This document shows positions 1 through 8,849 of a stretch of 64,000 nucleotides of DNA, piece by piece. The notes below the pieces were generated by a model. It saw only the letters and a list, made by a program, of their open reading frames with translations, was not told where the DNA came from and searched no databases. The first letter of the stretch is position 1; every line of letters begins with the position of its first letter. The position numbers and the translations under genes are program-made. This DNA is from Vicinamibacteria bacterium (GTDB taxonomy: Bacteria > Acidobacteriota > Vicinamibacteria > Marinacidobacterales > Marinacidobacteraceae). The stretch covers positions 2,704,594-2,768,593 of the forward strand of contig OZ220713.1 of NCBI GenBank assembly GCA_965116805.1, written 5' to 3'.

Positions 1-1450
1 ACCCCGCGGCAGAGCCGGGAGGCTGAGGGGCGGGTGGTCAGAGCGCCGTCAGGCGGCGGTGCGGGGCGTGCTCCCGGAAGCGTTGGGGTCAAAGAAGGTT
101 CGGTTCCGCGCCATCGCGCACAGCACCCGCAGCTGCTGGTCCGCGATGCTGCGGTGGCGCCGGGCGGTGTGCTTCCCCTGCGCCTTCAGCTTCCGGTTGT
201 AGGCCGCCACCTTCTCATCCCAGCGGACGATCCCTCTCGCCAGGATGTAGCTGGCGTGTTGCAGCGAACTGGGAACCGCGCGCCGCCGCTCGAAGCGCTC
301 GGACTTGCCGGACTGGTCCAGGATCGGGGCCACCCCGCAGTAGGCACGCAGGCGCCGGTAGTTGCCCTCCCGCAAGGCCTCGAAGCCCCACGCGAACAAG
401 CGGGCCAGCGCCTGGTCCCCCGCACCCGGCCGCGAGCGCAACACACTCACCAGGTCCGGGCCGCCGGCCTCCGGACCTCCCCCGGCCTCCGCCGTCCGGG
501 AGAGTTCGTCGAGGAGCTGGGTCATCTGGGCTTCCGCCCGGGCGAGCTCGGCCCGGATGACGGCCGACTGCACGAGCGCCATGCGGATCGTCTCCACCGC
601 GGCCTCGGTCGCCCCCGGCGCCACCACCAGAGCCGGCTCCCGGAACAACGCCCGGATCCGTTCGGCATCGATCCGGCTCACCCCATAGCGCCGCACCAGC
701 TTGTGCAAGGTGGACAAGCGCACCTTGCGCGCCTTCGCCGGCGTCGGAGCCCGCTCCCACAGCTCCCGGAAGAACGGAGCCCCCAGGTTCTTCGCGCCGC
801 CCGCCACCTCGAGCAGTTGCGGGAAGTAGTCCACCAGCGCGCTCCGGATCCGCAGGCATTGCCGGACCTGTTCCTGGAGCAGCCGGTCCGCCGCCCGGGT
901 CCGCTCCCGCAGCCGCCGGACCAATGCCGGCCGCGGCGCCAGCCGCCGGAACCCCGCCCGGCTGGCCTGCAGGGTGGTGGCCAGCATCCGCGCGTCCCGC
1001 TCGTCGTTCTTGTGCCCCGCGTGGGAGAAGAACTTCCGCAGGTTGCTCGACTGCCGCGGGTTCACCGCGAACACCACCATCCCCGCCTCCATCAGGGTCG
1101 CCACCACCGGGCCGTCCGGACGCTCGATCGCCGCCGCGATCACCCCCGGCGGCGCCTGCGTCCGCTCCAACAGCCACCGGACCAGGGCTGCAAGCCCCGC
1201 CCCGCTATGCGGAAAGGCGCGCTCCCCGCGCACCTCCCCGTGGTCGCCGCACAGGCACACCTGGTGGCTCTGCTCGCCCCAGTCAATGCCCACATACCAG
1301 CTCAGCATCTGCTTCATCGCTGCCGTTCCTTGGAGCTTGCGCTCCGTCGACGGTCCGCCGAGCCGCGATGCTCTCCAGCCCCTATACTGGGCCTCGATAG
1401 GCGCCAACTTTCCACGGGTCGTCCATCACGGCCATCCGTCGGGGCACATG
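1..1450 (-). mobile_element. IS110-family insertion sequence, probably partial. The left end may be cut by the window edge and the right end is not determinable.
   Basis: Contains the IS110-type transposase ORF. No terminal inverted repeats are expected for IS110, so boundaries are approximate. Confidence 0.4.
49..1317 (-). CDS. IS110-family transposase
   Basis: ORF 49..1407(-), start placed at the internal M (MKQMLSWYVGIDWGEQSHQVCL). The N-terminal 'VGIDWG...' DEDD motif and a C-terminal IS116/IS110/IS902-like region are typical of IS110 transposases. Confidence 0.85.
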   Translation of the reverse strand: MKQMLSWYVGIDWGEQSHQVCLCGDHGEVRGERAFPHSGAGLAALVRWLLERTQAPPGVIAAAIERPDGPVVATLMEAGMVVFAVNPRQSSNLRKFFSHAGHKNDERDARMLATTLQASRAGFRRLAPRPALVRRLRERTRAADRLLQEQVRQCLRIRSALVDYFPQLLEVAGGAKNLGAPFFRELWERAPTPAKARKVRLSTLHKLVRRYGVSRIDAERIRALFREPALVVAPGATEAAVETIRMALVQSAVIRAELARAEAQMTQLLDELSRTAEAGGGPEAGGPDLVSVLRSRPGAGDQALARLFAWGFEALREGNYRRLRAYCGVAPILDQSGKSERFERRRAVPSSLQHASYILARGIVRWDEKVAAYNRKLKAQGKHTARRHRSIADQQLRVLCAMARNRTFFDPNASGSTPRTAA

Positions 1451-1757
1451 TCCACCGTGGGTGTTCATAGCACCGGGGCTCGGCTAGCGCTCCCGGCGGA
1501 TCGGCCAACCTGGGTTGAGATTGCGGGAGCCGTTACCAACTCCCGCAGAACGCCGCCGATCGTATAGGGGGCTCCAAGCCGTACGCGTGATCCTCACTCT
1601 TGGACTGTGCGCCAAGACCGGATCCGCCTCTTCGGGGTGGGGTTGCGTAGTGCGCGGTGCGGAGCACCGCGCGTGCCGGTCTGGAGGCCGCTACCGCGAG
1701 AACCGGCCGGCGTTCCAAGCCGTCGCGACGCCGACGCTGGCTGGAGACGATGGTCGC

Positions 1758-2507
1758 TCAGTTGAGAAAGCCCGCCAGGAAGCGGCCCCACATGGGGGCG
1801 AGGGTGGCCTTGAGCGCCACGTCGGCGACCAGGAGTCCGCCCGCCACATAGAGGAGCTGGCGGCGTCCCGGTTCGAGCGGCGCCGCGGTCTTGCCGAGTC
1901 GCCGGACCAGCGGTTCGGCGCAGACGACGCCGAGGATCACGAAGGCGGCCACCCGGCAGAGGGCCCAGGGGAACCAGGCGAGGGCCGACGGAACGCCGCT
2001 CGCCGCCACGGCGTACGAAGCCACGAAGAAGTCCATGAAGTTCAGCATCACCGCGCCCATCAGGAGTCCGAGCGCACCGCCGCTGACCAGGGAGAGCGGC
2101 ACGAAGATCAGAAGCCGCTGCAGATGGATCGGCAGGAAGAGACGGAGGTCCCCCTCGGCGCCTTCCCCGGTGGCCAGCCAGGCCATCATCTCGTCGCTGT
2201 AGGCGGCGCCCCGGAACACCGCGGCCTCGGCGGCGCCGGGCGCGACGGCCATCGCAATCGGTCCGAAGACCGCCAGCGCGGCGGCCCAGCCGAGCATCAG
2301 CCGCACCGCCTCCGCACGGCGCCCCTCCCCCAGATACCGCCAGAGCCCGTGAATCGCCGGAGCCGCAAGCAGCAGCGGCAGCAGCCAGCGGGCGGCCCCC
2401 AGGCCCATCGACCCCGCCCAGAGTCCGAGCGCGTAGGCAACCGGGACGCCACCCACGAGCATCAGCAGGTCGCGCCGGAAGGAGAGGGCGGGTTTCATGC
2501 CGGCCAT
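1758..2507 (-). CDS. Hypothetical polytopic membrane protein
   Basis: 249-aa ORF with several hydrophobic helices. Lies downstream of the MeaB-like gene on the same strand. Confidence 0.5.
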   Translation of the reverse strand: MAGMKPALSFRRDLLMLVGGVPVAYALGLWAGSMGLGAARWLLPLLLAAPAIHGLWRYLGEGRRAEAVRLMLGWAAALAVFGPIAMAVAPGAAEAAVFRGAAYSDEMMAWLATGEGAEGDLRLFLPIHLQRLLIFVPLSLVSGGALGLLMGAVMLNFMDFFVASYAVAASGVPSALAWFPWALCRVAAFVILGVVCAEPLVRRLGKTAAPLEPGRRQLLYVAGGLLVADVALKATLAPMWGRFLAGFLN

Positions 2508-2528
2508 GGAGAGTACCCGGTGCGGTCC

Positions 2529-3734
2529 CTACGCCTGTTTCAGCTCGAGCAGGACCCCGCCGGCGCTCGCCGGATGGATGAACGCCACCAGGTGGCCACC
2601 CGCCCCCCGGCGCGGCTCGCGGTCCACGAGGCGCACGCCCCGCGCGGCGAGCGCGGCCAGCGTTTCATGGATGTCCTCGACTTCGAAACAGACGTGATGG
2701 AGCCCCTCGCCCCGGCGGTCCAGGTAGCGGGAGACCGGACTCTCCGCGGTCGTCGGCTCCAGGAGTTCGAGGAAACCCCCGGCCGGCGCCCGCTCACCCT
2801 CCGGGGCCAGGAACAGCGCCAGGACCCCGAACTCGTCGACCCGGTAGCGGCCCGTTTCGCGCAGCCCCAGCAGGGATCGCCAGAGCTCGGCGGCCCCGCT
2901 CCCGTCCTTCACCGCGATGCCGACGTGGTGGAGGCGGATCGCCGGACCCGGAGCGCCCGCTTTCGACCCGTCGCCTTTCGGCACTCCGGAACGATCCAGT
3001 GGGCGGCGCGCCTCGAGGTCCGCCTCCGCCGCCTCCCGCAGGTCCTCCACTCCGGTGCCCTCGAGCGCCGACGTCAGAAACACGGGACCCGGCCGCAGGG
3101 CCCGGAACGAAGTGGCCAGCGCCTCCGCTCCGGGGCGGTCCGACTGGTTCACGACCACGAAGTCGGCCACCTCGAACAGTCCGGCCTTCGCGGCCTGCAC
3201 CGCGTCCCCGAGACCGGCCGCGGTGACCGCGATGCCGAGGTCGGCGAGCCCCAGGACCGAGTCGTCGCCCTGCCCCACGCCGGCCGTTTCGAGCAGGATG
3301 CGCTCGGCGCCGCCGGCCGCGAGCAGCCGCAGGACCGCGGGAACCTCGGGGGCCAGACCCGCTTCCCCGGCGCGGGACGCCATGCTCCGGAAGAAGACCG
3401 CCCCGGTGTCGCCGGTGAACCGCACCCGGTCGCCGAGCAGGGCGCCTCCCGTCCTCGGGCTCGATGGGTCCACGGCCAGCACGGCCACCCGGCGACCGGC
3501 TCCGGCAAGCGACGCCGCCAGGCGATTCGCCAGTTCGCTCTTCCCCACCCCCGGCGGACCGGTCAGGGCGATCACCCGGGCCCGCTCCGGCCAATCGAGC
3601 GCCAGCGCCGCCTCGCGGGCTCCCGCGGCCCCGCTTTCCACCAGGGTGATCGCGCGGCCCAGCGCGCGGCGGTCACCGGCGGCCACCTCGCGGAACAACC
3701 GGGCGCCGCCGTCCGCGCCGGAACCCACGACCAC
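2529..3734 (-). CDS. MeaB/ArgK-type G-protein fused to a methylmalonyl-CoA epimerase-like VOC domain
   Basis: N-terminal P-loop GPPGVGKSE and NQSD motifs (MeaB/ArgK family). C-terminal 'IRLHHVGIAVKD ... HHVCFEV' glyoxalase/VOC fold typical of methylmalonyl-CoA epimerase. Confidence 0.75.
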   Translation of the reverse strand: MVVGSGADGGARLFREVAAGDRRALGRAITLVESGAAGAREAALALDWPERARVIALTGPPGVGKSELANRLAASLAGAGRRVAVLAVDPSSPRTGGALLGDRVRFTGDTGAVFFRSMASRAGEAGLAPEVPAVLRLLAAGGAERILLETAGVGQGDDSVLGLADLGIAVTAAGLGDAVQAAKAGLFEVADFVVVNQSDRPGAEALATSFRALRPGPVFLTSALEGTGVEDLREAAEADLEARRPLDRSGVPKGDGSKAGAPGPAIRLHHVGIAVKDGSGAAELWRSLLGLRETGRYRVDEFGVLALFLAPEGERAPAGGFLELLEPTTAESPVSRYLDRRGEGLHHVCFEVEDIHETLAALAARGVRLVDREPRRGAGGHLVAFIHPASAGGVLLELKQA

Positions 3735-3747
3735 CCCTCCGCCGGGG

Positions 3748-4938
3748 TCAGGTACCGATCCGCCCGAGCAGGGGCCGGGCGATGAGCAGCCGCTGGATCT
3801 CCGAGGTCCCCTCCCCGATGGTCATGAGCTTGGCATCCCGGAGGTAGCGCTCGGCCGGGTAGTCCCGGATGTATCCGTAACCCCCCAGCACCTGGACGGC
3901 GCGGTTCGTGACGCGGACCGCGGTTTCGCTGGCATGCAACTTGGCCATCGCCGATTCGCTCTTCGTCGTGGCGCCGGAGTCCTTGAGCGCGGCCGCCCGT
4001 TGGATCAGGAGGTGTGACGCGTCGATCTCCAGGCTGGAGTCCGCGAGCGGGAACCGCACTCCCTGGAAGTCGGTGATCGGCCGGCCGAACTGGCGCCGTT
4101 CCCGGGCGTAGGCGACGGCGCATTCCAGCGCGGCCTGCGCGATGCCGAGCGAAAGCGCCGCGATGCTGATCCGGCCTCCGTCGAGCACCTTCATCGCCGC
4201 CTGGAAACCCGTACCCTCCGGCCCCAGCCGATTCGCGTCGGGCACCCGGCAGTCCTCGAAGACCATTTCGGAGGTGTCCGACGCCCGGTGCCCGAGCTTC
4301 TTTTCCTTCCGGCCGTTGCGGAATCCGGGAGTCCCGCGCTCGACGATGAAGGCCGAGATCCCGTGCGTCCCGAGGTCCGGATCGCTGGAGGCCATGCAGA
4401 TGGCGATGTCCGCCTGCGAACCGTTGGTCGTGAAGGTCTTGCTCCCGTTCAGGACCCATTCGTCGCCGTCCCGGACCGCGGTGGTGCGGGTGCCGCCCGC
4501 GTCGCTGCCGGCCTCCGGCTCCGTGAGGCTCCACGCTCCGAGAGCCTCACCGGTCGCGAGCGGAACGAGGTACCGGGCCTTCTGCTCGCCGGTCCCCTGC
4601 TCGTAGATGTGGTTCGCGGCGAGCGACACGTGGGCCGCCACCGTGATCGCCACCGAGGCATCGGCGCGGGCCAGTTCTTCGACCAGCACCGCGTACTCGG
4701 TGTAGCTGAAACCGGCGCCCCCGTACTTCTCGGGGAAGATGGGACCCAGGAAACCCAACGCGCCGAGTTTCCGGACGGTTTCGCCGGGGAACGACTCTTC
4801 CTCGTCCCAGCGCGAGGCGTGCGGCAGGATCTCGGTGGCCGCGAACTCGCGGACGGCGCGCCGGATTTCAGCTTGAGTCTCGGTATCCCCGATGGCAACG
4901 GAAGGCTGTGTCAACAGCCCCGATTCTACTTGTGGCAA
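3748..4938 (-). CDS. Acyl-CoA dehydrogenase
   Basis: 396 aa with a full ACAD architecture, including a '[13 protein letters not shown]' region and '[17 protein letters not shown]' C-terminal motifs. Confidence 0.85.
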   Translation of the reverse strand: MPQVESGLLTQPSVAIGDTETQAEIRRAVREFAATEILPHASRWDEEESFPGETVRKLGALGFLGPIFPEKYGGAGFSYTEYAVLVEELARADASVAITVAAHVSLAANHIYEQGTGEQKARYLVPLATGEALGAWSLTEPEAGSDAGGTRTTAVRDGDEWVLNGSKTFTTNGSQADIAICMASSDPDLGTHGISAFIVERGTPGFRNGRKEKKLGHRASDTSEMVFEDCRVPDANRLGPEGTGFQAAMKVLDGGRISIAALSLGIAQAALECAVAYARERRQFGRPITDFQGVRFPLADSSLEIDASHLLIQRAAALKDSGATTKSESAMAKLHASETAVRVTNRAVQVLGGYGYIRDYPAERYLRDAKLMTIGEGTSEIQRLLIARPLLGRIGT

Positions 4939-5059
4939 GCGATGGAACTCCTTTGGGAAAGTTAACAGCGGGTGGTGAAACCCCCGTGAGCGCCGAGAGC
5001 GGCGAGGCGCCCCGCTGACAAGGCGCGTGAGGGAGGAATACCGGGTGTATTCCGACCGA

Positions 5060-5095
5060 AACGCAACGCAGAGCGCCGCAGAGCGGCGCGGTTCA
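5060..5095 (-). terminator. Candidate stem-loop downstream of hipA (GCGCCGC-AGA-GCGGCGC). No clear U-tract.
   Basis: 7-bp perfect inverted repeat in the hipA-ACAD intergenic region. Coordinates approximate. Confidence 0.25.
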
Positions 5096-5113
5096 GCGGG
5101 GATGCATCGCCGC

Positions 5114-6433
5114 TCAAACGCCGCGGGGGTTTTGCCACCGGCTGTTGGGGACGGGCAGGCCGGCGGCTTGAAATCGCTCTTCCAGCCCTTCCAAGGCCAG
5201 GTCGTTCAGGAACTGACGGCGCCAGAGGAGGCGCCGCTCGGCGGCGCCGAGGCGCGCCTCCTCACAGAGGCCGTCCCAGTGGTCCCGGATCGTCGCGACC
5301 TGGTGCGTCACGATCGCGAGGGCCTCCGGTTCGGCGAGGCGAAACCGGGGCGCCGCCTCCAGACACAGCGAGAGTTGGCTCCTCCGCCTGCTCCCGTGGA
5401 TCCGCATCGCCTGCGACGCTTCCCGGCCCGTTCGCGACTGCGGGCAGATGTCGTACGCCGGCGTGAGCGTGTGCCACGCACCGTCCCAGAAAGCCGCGTG
5501 GTTCCGCGCGTGGTCGTCCGTGTTCCCCACCAGAACGTTGAAGGTCATCCGGGCGAAGAGTTCCCGCAGGGTTTCCAGGGGCGCGGTGAACCGCGCCCGG
5601 ACGACGTCGGCCAGCTCTTCGTAGGAGGCATGGGCGGCCATCCGCTCGTCCAGCCGCAGCAGGGTGAGAGCGGAGACGACCGCGCACCGGGTCCAGCCCC
5701 GGCCGGTCAGCTCCCGATCGAAGCGCTCCACGAGCAGGACGTCTCGCCCCAGCGCCTGGGTCAGCATCACCGGGGCGGCGTTCAGGCCGGCCAACCGGGC
5801 GAGCCGCATGGCGACGAACTCGGCCTTGACGGCGCTGAAAGTGTCGCTGGAGGAGGAGAACTTGGCCACGTATTTCCGGCCGCCATCCTCGAGGAGCGCC
5901 TTGGGACGCGCTCCTCCGACGGACGAGCCGTGCTGCAGCGCCTCCGCCAGTCGAGGGGGCAGATCCTGGCCCCGGTCCACGCCCTCCGCTGCCGTGAGCA
6001 GGTCGGCGAGCGTCGCGTTCGGCGTCTCGCGGGCAGCGTACGCCGAAGGCGAGGACTGGAAATCGAGCGCGCCGATGCGGTCCGACCCCGATCGCAGCAT
6101 GAAGGTCAGTTCATCGAGATCGGGCGCCGACCCGGAGTCGGCGCTCCCGGTGAGGCGATGGGCAATGACCCGGCGTCCCCACGCGTCGGGAGACGCATCG
6201 CGCAGGGCGTTCGCGACGGGGAGCGGCGGCTCCGGCTCGATGACACCGCTCCGGAGTGGCAACTCGGGCAGGTGTACGGGAATCGCATCCTCCCGGGCGA
6301 GATAGGAGCGTCCGTAGGTGAAGAGGAACCGACCCCTCTCGGCCTCGAGCCGTCCGGCGACCACGGGCCCCGTCCGCCCGGCCAACCAGATCCAGACGAA
6401 GGCTTCGCTCGGCCGCGAGCCGTCAGAAGTCAT
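5114..6433 (-). CDS. hipA: Type II toxin HipA (Ser/Thr kinase family)
   Basis: 439 aa with 'GGARPKALL' and '[10 protein letters not shown]' HipA C-terminal kinase motifs. Overlaps the upstream HTH gene by 11 nt. Confidence 0.85.
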   Translation of the reverse strand: MTSDGSRPSEAFVWIWLAGRTGPVVAGRLEAERGRFLFTYGRSYLAREDAIPVHLPELPLRSGVIEPEPPLPVANALRDASPDAWGRRVIAHRLTGSADSGSAPDLDELTFMLRSGSDRIGALDFQSSPSAYAARETPNATLADLLTAAEGVDRGQDLPPRLAEALQHGSSVGGARPKALLEDGGRKYVAKFSSSSDTFSAVKAEFVAMRLARLAGLNAAPVMLTQALGRDVLLVERFDRELTGRGWTRCAVVSALTLLRLDERMAAHASYEELADVVRARFTAPLETLRELFARMTFNVLVGNTDDHARNHAAFWDGAWHTLTPAYDICPQSRTGREASQAMRIHGSRRRSQLSLCLEAAPRFRLAEPEALAIVTHQVATIRDHWDGLCEEARLGAAERRLLWRRQFLNDLALEGLEERFQAAGLPVPNSRWQNPRGV

Positions 6434-6758
6434 CGTCCACCGCGCGCCGGCTGGCGCGGACGGCAGCCGGCATCAGGGCCAGTCGTTCCTCCGTGCTCCG
6501 GATTTCGGACGCCAGCGAGGTCGCCTCGGGTACGAACAGGTCTACGCCGGTGATGACCGCGGCTTCGAACACCCGGCCGATCGCGACCGTGGGATCACCG
6601 CTCTCGATCCGCTGCAGCGTGCTCCTCGCAATGCCGACGCGGGCGGCCAGGTCCGTCTCGGACATCCGGCGCTCCTTGCGGGCCAGTTGGATCCGCCTGC
6701 CCAACAAGCTGAGCGCCTCCCGGGAGAGACGGGAGTGGGAAGGTGGCGGATTCGGCAT
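6423..6758 (-). CDS. hipB: HipB-like XRE-family HTH antitoxin/regulator
   Basis: HTH 'LARKERRMSETDLAARVGIARSTLQRIESG'. Start chosen at the internal ATG (MPNPPPS). Translationally coupled to hipA (ATGACTTCTGA overlap). Confidence 0.7.
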   Translation of the reverse strand: MPNPPPSHSRLSREALSLLGRRIQLARKERRMSETDLAARVGIARSTLQRIESGDPTVAIGRVFEAAVITGVDLFVPEATSLASEIRSTEERLALMPAAVRASRRAVDDDF

Positions 6759-6773
6759 GCAGACCCGGAAACG

Positions 6774-6825
6774 ACCGATTTGTAAGCCATTATAGCTTGA
6801 TTCGACCGCTATATCGGTCAATCAA
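6774..6825 (-). promoter_or_regulatory. Candidate hipBA promoter/operator with three overlapping dyad symmetries
   Basis: AT-richer pocket immediately upstream of hipB. Inverted repeats TATAGC-N11-GCTATA, TTGATT-N17-AATCAA and ACCGAT...ATCGGT. Confidence 0.45.
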
Positions 6826-6849
6826 AGCATCCCTTCCTCGTGGCGGACG

Positions 6850-8061
6850 TCACTGCCGAACTTCGAAAGGGAGCCGGTTCACCGCCAGGCGGCCGTTCGA
6901 GACCACCGCCACCACGTCCTGGATCGCCGCGATGTGCTCGAGCGGATCCTCCGCCACCACGATGAGGTCGGCTTCCTTGCCGGGCTCGATGACGCCGGTG
7001 TCCCCGGCGATGCCCAGCAGTTCAGCGGCGTAGAGGGTCGCGCTCCGGATCGCCTCGATGGGACTCAGCCCGATCTTGACGAAGTTGGCGACCTCGACGC
7101 CGACCCGGCTCACGCTCTCCGGGCCGTAGGGAGTGTCGCTCCCCGCGACCACCCGGACGCCGACTTCGTGCGCCATCCGGATCGTCCGTTCGAGCCGGGG
7201 CCGCATGAAGTCGGCGCGCACGTCCAGCAGCGGGTGGTCGAAGTCCCCGCCCGGCTCGTCGAGGTCAACGACGGTCGTGTAGGTCGGCACGAGCACCGTG
7301 CCGCGCTCCGCCATCAGCTCCAGCGTCTCCCGGCTCAGGAAGGTGCCGTGCTCGATGCTGGCCACCCCCGCCAGCACCGCGGCGCGGGCCCCCTCGTCGC
7401 CGTGCGCGTGGCACATGACCGGAATGCCGTGGGCGGTGGCCTCTTCGACGATCGCCCGGAGCTGCGCTTCGGTGGCGATCTGCTGCCGGGGATCCGTGTC
7501 GGGCAGGCCCGCCCGTCCGGTGGCCGCGGTCTTGATCGTCCGCACGCCGTTCTCTGCGTTCACCCGCACCAGCATCTGGAGGTCTTCTTCGCTGCGGATG
7601 ACGGGCGGCATGCCGAAGAAGCTCTCGGAGGCGAGCCGGGCCTCGCCGAGGCCCAGCGACACCAGGACCCCGCTCCCCAGGTAATCGGGGCCGGCCAGGT
7701 GCCCGGCGGCGACCATCCGGCCGATGGCGACGTCGCGATACGACCCCACGCTGGCGCTCCGGAGCGTGGTCGCCCCGGACTCCAGCGCGCGCCGCACCTG
7801 GGAGAGTTCGGTCGCATGGGTGTGGGCGTCGATGAATCCCGGGAGCACGAACTTGCCGCCGACATCCAGGGTTTCGACGCCCGCCGGCGGCGCGTCCGGG
7901 CCCACCGAGAGGATCCGGCCGTCGCCGATGAGGACGTTCGCGGAGGACATCATTCCCTCGCGGACATCCAGGACGGAGCCGCCCACGACCGCCAGATCGG
8001 CCTCCTGCGCGGCGGCGGGAAGCGCCAGGACCAGCGACAAGGAGAAGAGGATGAGACGCAC
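6850..8061 (-). CDS. Secreted amidohydrolase-family metal hydrolase (copy 1)
   Basis: Signal peptide. 'PGFIDAHTHA' metal-binding motif and an 'HAHGDEGA' region. Confidence 0.8.
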   Translation of the reverse strand: MRLILFSLSLVLALPAAAQEADLAVVGGSVLDVREGMMSSANVLIGDGRILSVGPDAPPAGVETLDVGGKFVLPGFIDAHTHATELSQVRRALESGATTLRSASVGSYRDVAIGRMVAAGHLAGPDYLGSGVLVSLGLGEARLASESFFGMPPVIRSEEDLQMLVRVNAENGVRTIKTAATGRAGLPDTDPRQQIATEAQLRAIVEEATAHGIPVMCHAHGDEGARAAVLAGVASIEHGTFLSRETLELMAERGTVLVPTYTTVVDLDEPGGDFDHPLLDVRADFMRPRLERTIRMAHEVGVRVVAGSDTPYGPESVSRVGVEVANFVKIGLSPIEAIRSATLYAAELLGIAGDTGVIEPGKEADLIVVAEDPLEHIAAIQDVVAVVSNGRLAVNRLPFEVRQ

Positions 8062-8163
8062 CTGCAGGAACCTCCGGGCGCCGCACGGTACCAGCGGGCC
8101 TGCGGGCGGAGAGACCGTTACCCTTGCCGGCGCCGATCACGCTGGCGAAAGGACGGGAGGGGC

Positions 8164-8820
8164 ATGCGGAGAGATCATCGGGCGCCGAGCCCCCCGCAGC
8201 GCGGGTCCAGTCACGCCACCCCTCGATGGGGGATTGCCGCCCTTCTTCTTCCCCTGGCGTTCGGGGCCGGCGGTGTCGCGGCTGACGAGCCACCACCCGA
8301 CGATCCTGTCCGGGTCGTCATCGAAACGGACCTGGGCGCCATCGAGCTGGAGATCGACGCCGGCCGGGCGCCCGTGACCGCGGAGAACTTCCTCCGCTAC
8401 TTGGACGGCGGGCACTACGACGGCGGGACTTTCTTCCGCACCGTGCACACGGACAACCAGCCCGACGACGCCATCCGCATCGCGGTCATCCAGGGGGGCC
8501 GCAACCCCGACGCGGCAGCGGACCCCTTCCCCGCGATCGCGCTCGAGCGGACCAGCGAGACGGGGCTCAGGCACGTGGACGGCGCCATCTCGATGGGGCG
8601 CACCGGCCCGGACACTGCCACCGACAGCTTCTTCATCTGCGTCGGGGACCAGCCGTCACTCGACTTCGGAGGCATGCGGAACCCCGACGGACAGGGGTTC
8701 GCCGCGTTCGGCAGGGTGGTCGCGGGCATGGACGCCGTGCGGGCGATCCACGGGGCCCCGTACGAGGCCCAGCGGCTGACGCCCCCGGTGCGGATCGGGA
8801 GGGCGTACCGGAAGGAGTGA
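8164..8820 (+). CDS. Cyclophilin-type peptidyl-prolyl cis-trans isomerase, secreted
   Basis: Signal peptide, then 'TDLGAIELEID...APVTAENFLRY...GTFFRTV' cyclophilin motifs. Confidence 0.85.
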   Translation: MRRDHRAPSPPQRGSSHATPRWGIAALLLPLAFGAGGVAADEPPPDDPVRVVIETDLGAIELEIDAGRAPVTAENFLRYLDGGHYDGGTFFRTVHTDNQPDDAIRIAVIQGGRNPDAAADPFPAIALERTSETGLRHVDGAISMGRTGPDTATDSFFICVGDQPSLDFGGMRNPDGQGFAAFGRVVAGMDAVRAIHGAPYEAQRLTPPVRIGRAYRKE

Positions 8821-8849
8821 GCGGAGCTGCCGGAACTCCGGACCCGCCG

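Noticed and set aside
1515-3785. 756-aa plus-strand ORF overlapping the MeaB and membrane genes
   Set aside because: Arg/Gly/Pro/His-rich low-complexity translation antisense to well-supported genes. This is a typical GC-driven shadow ORF.
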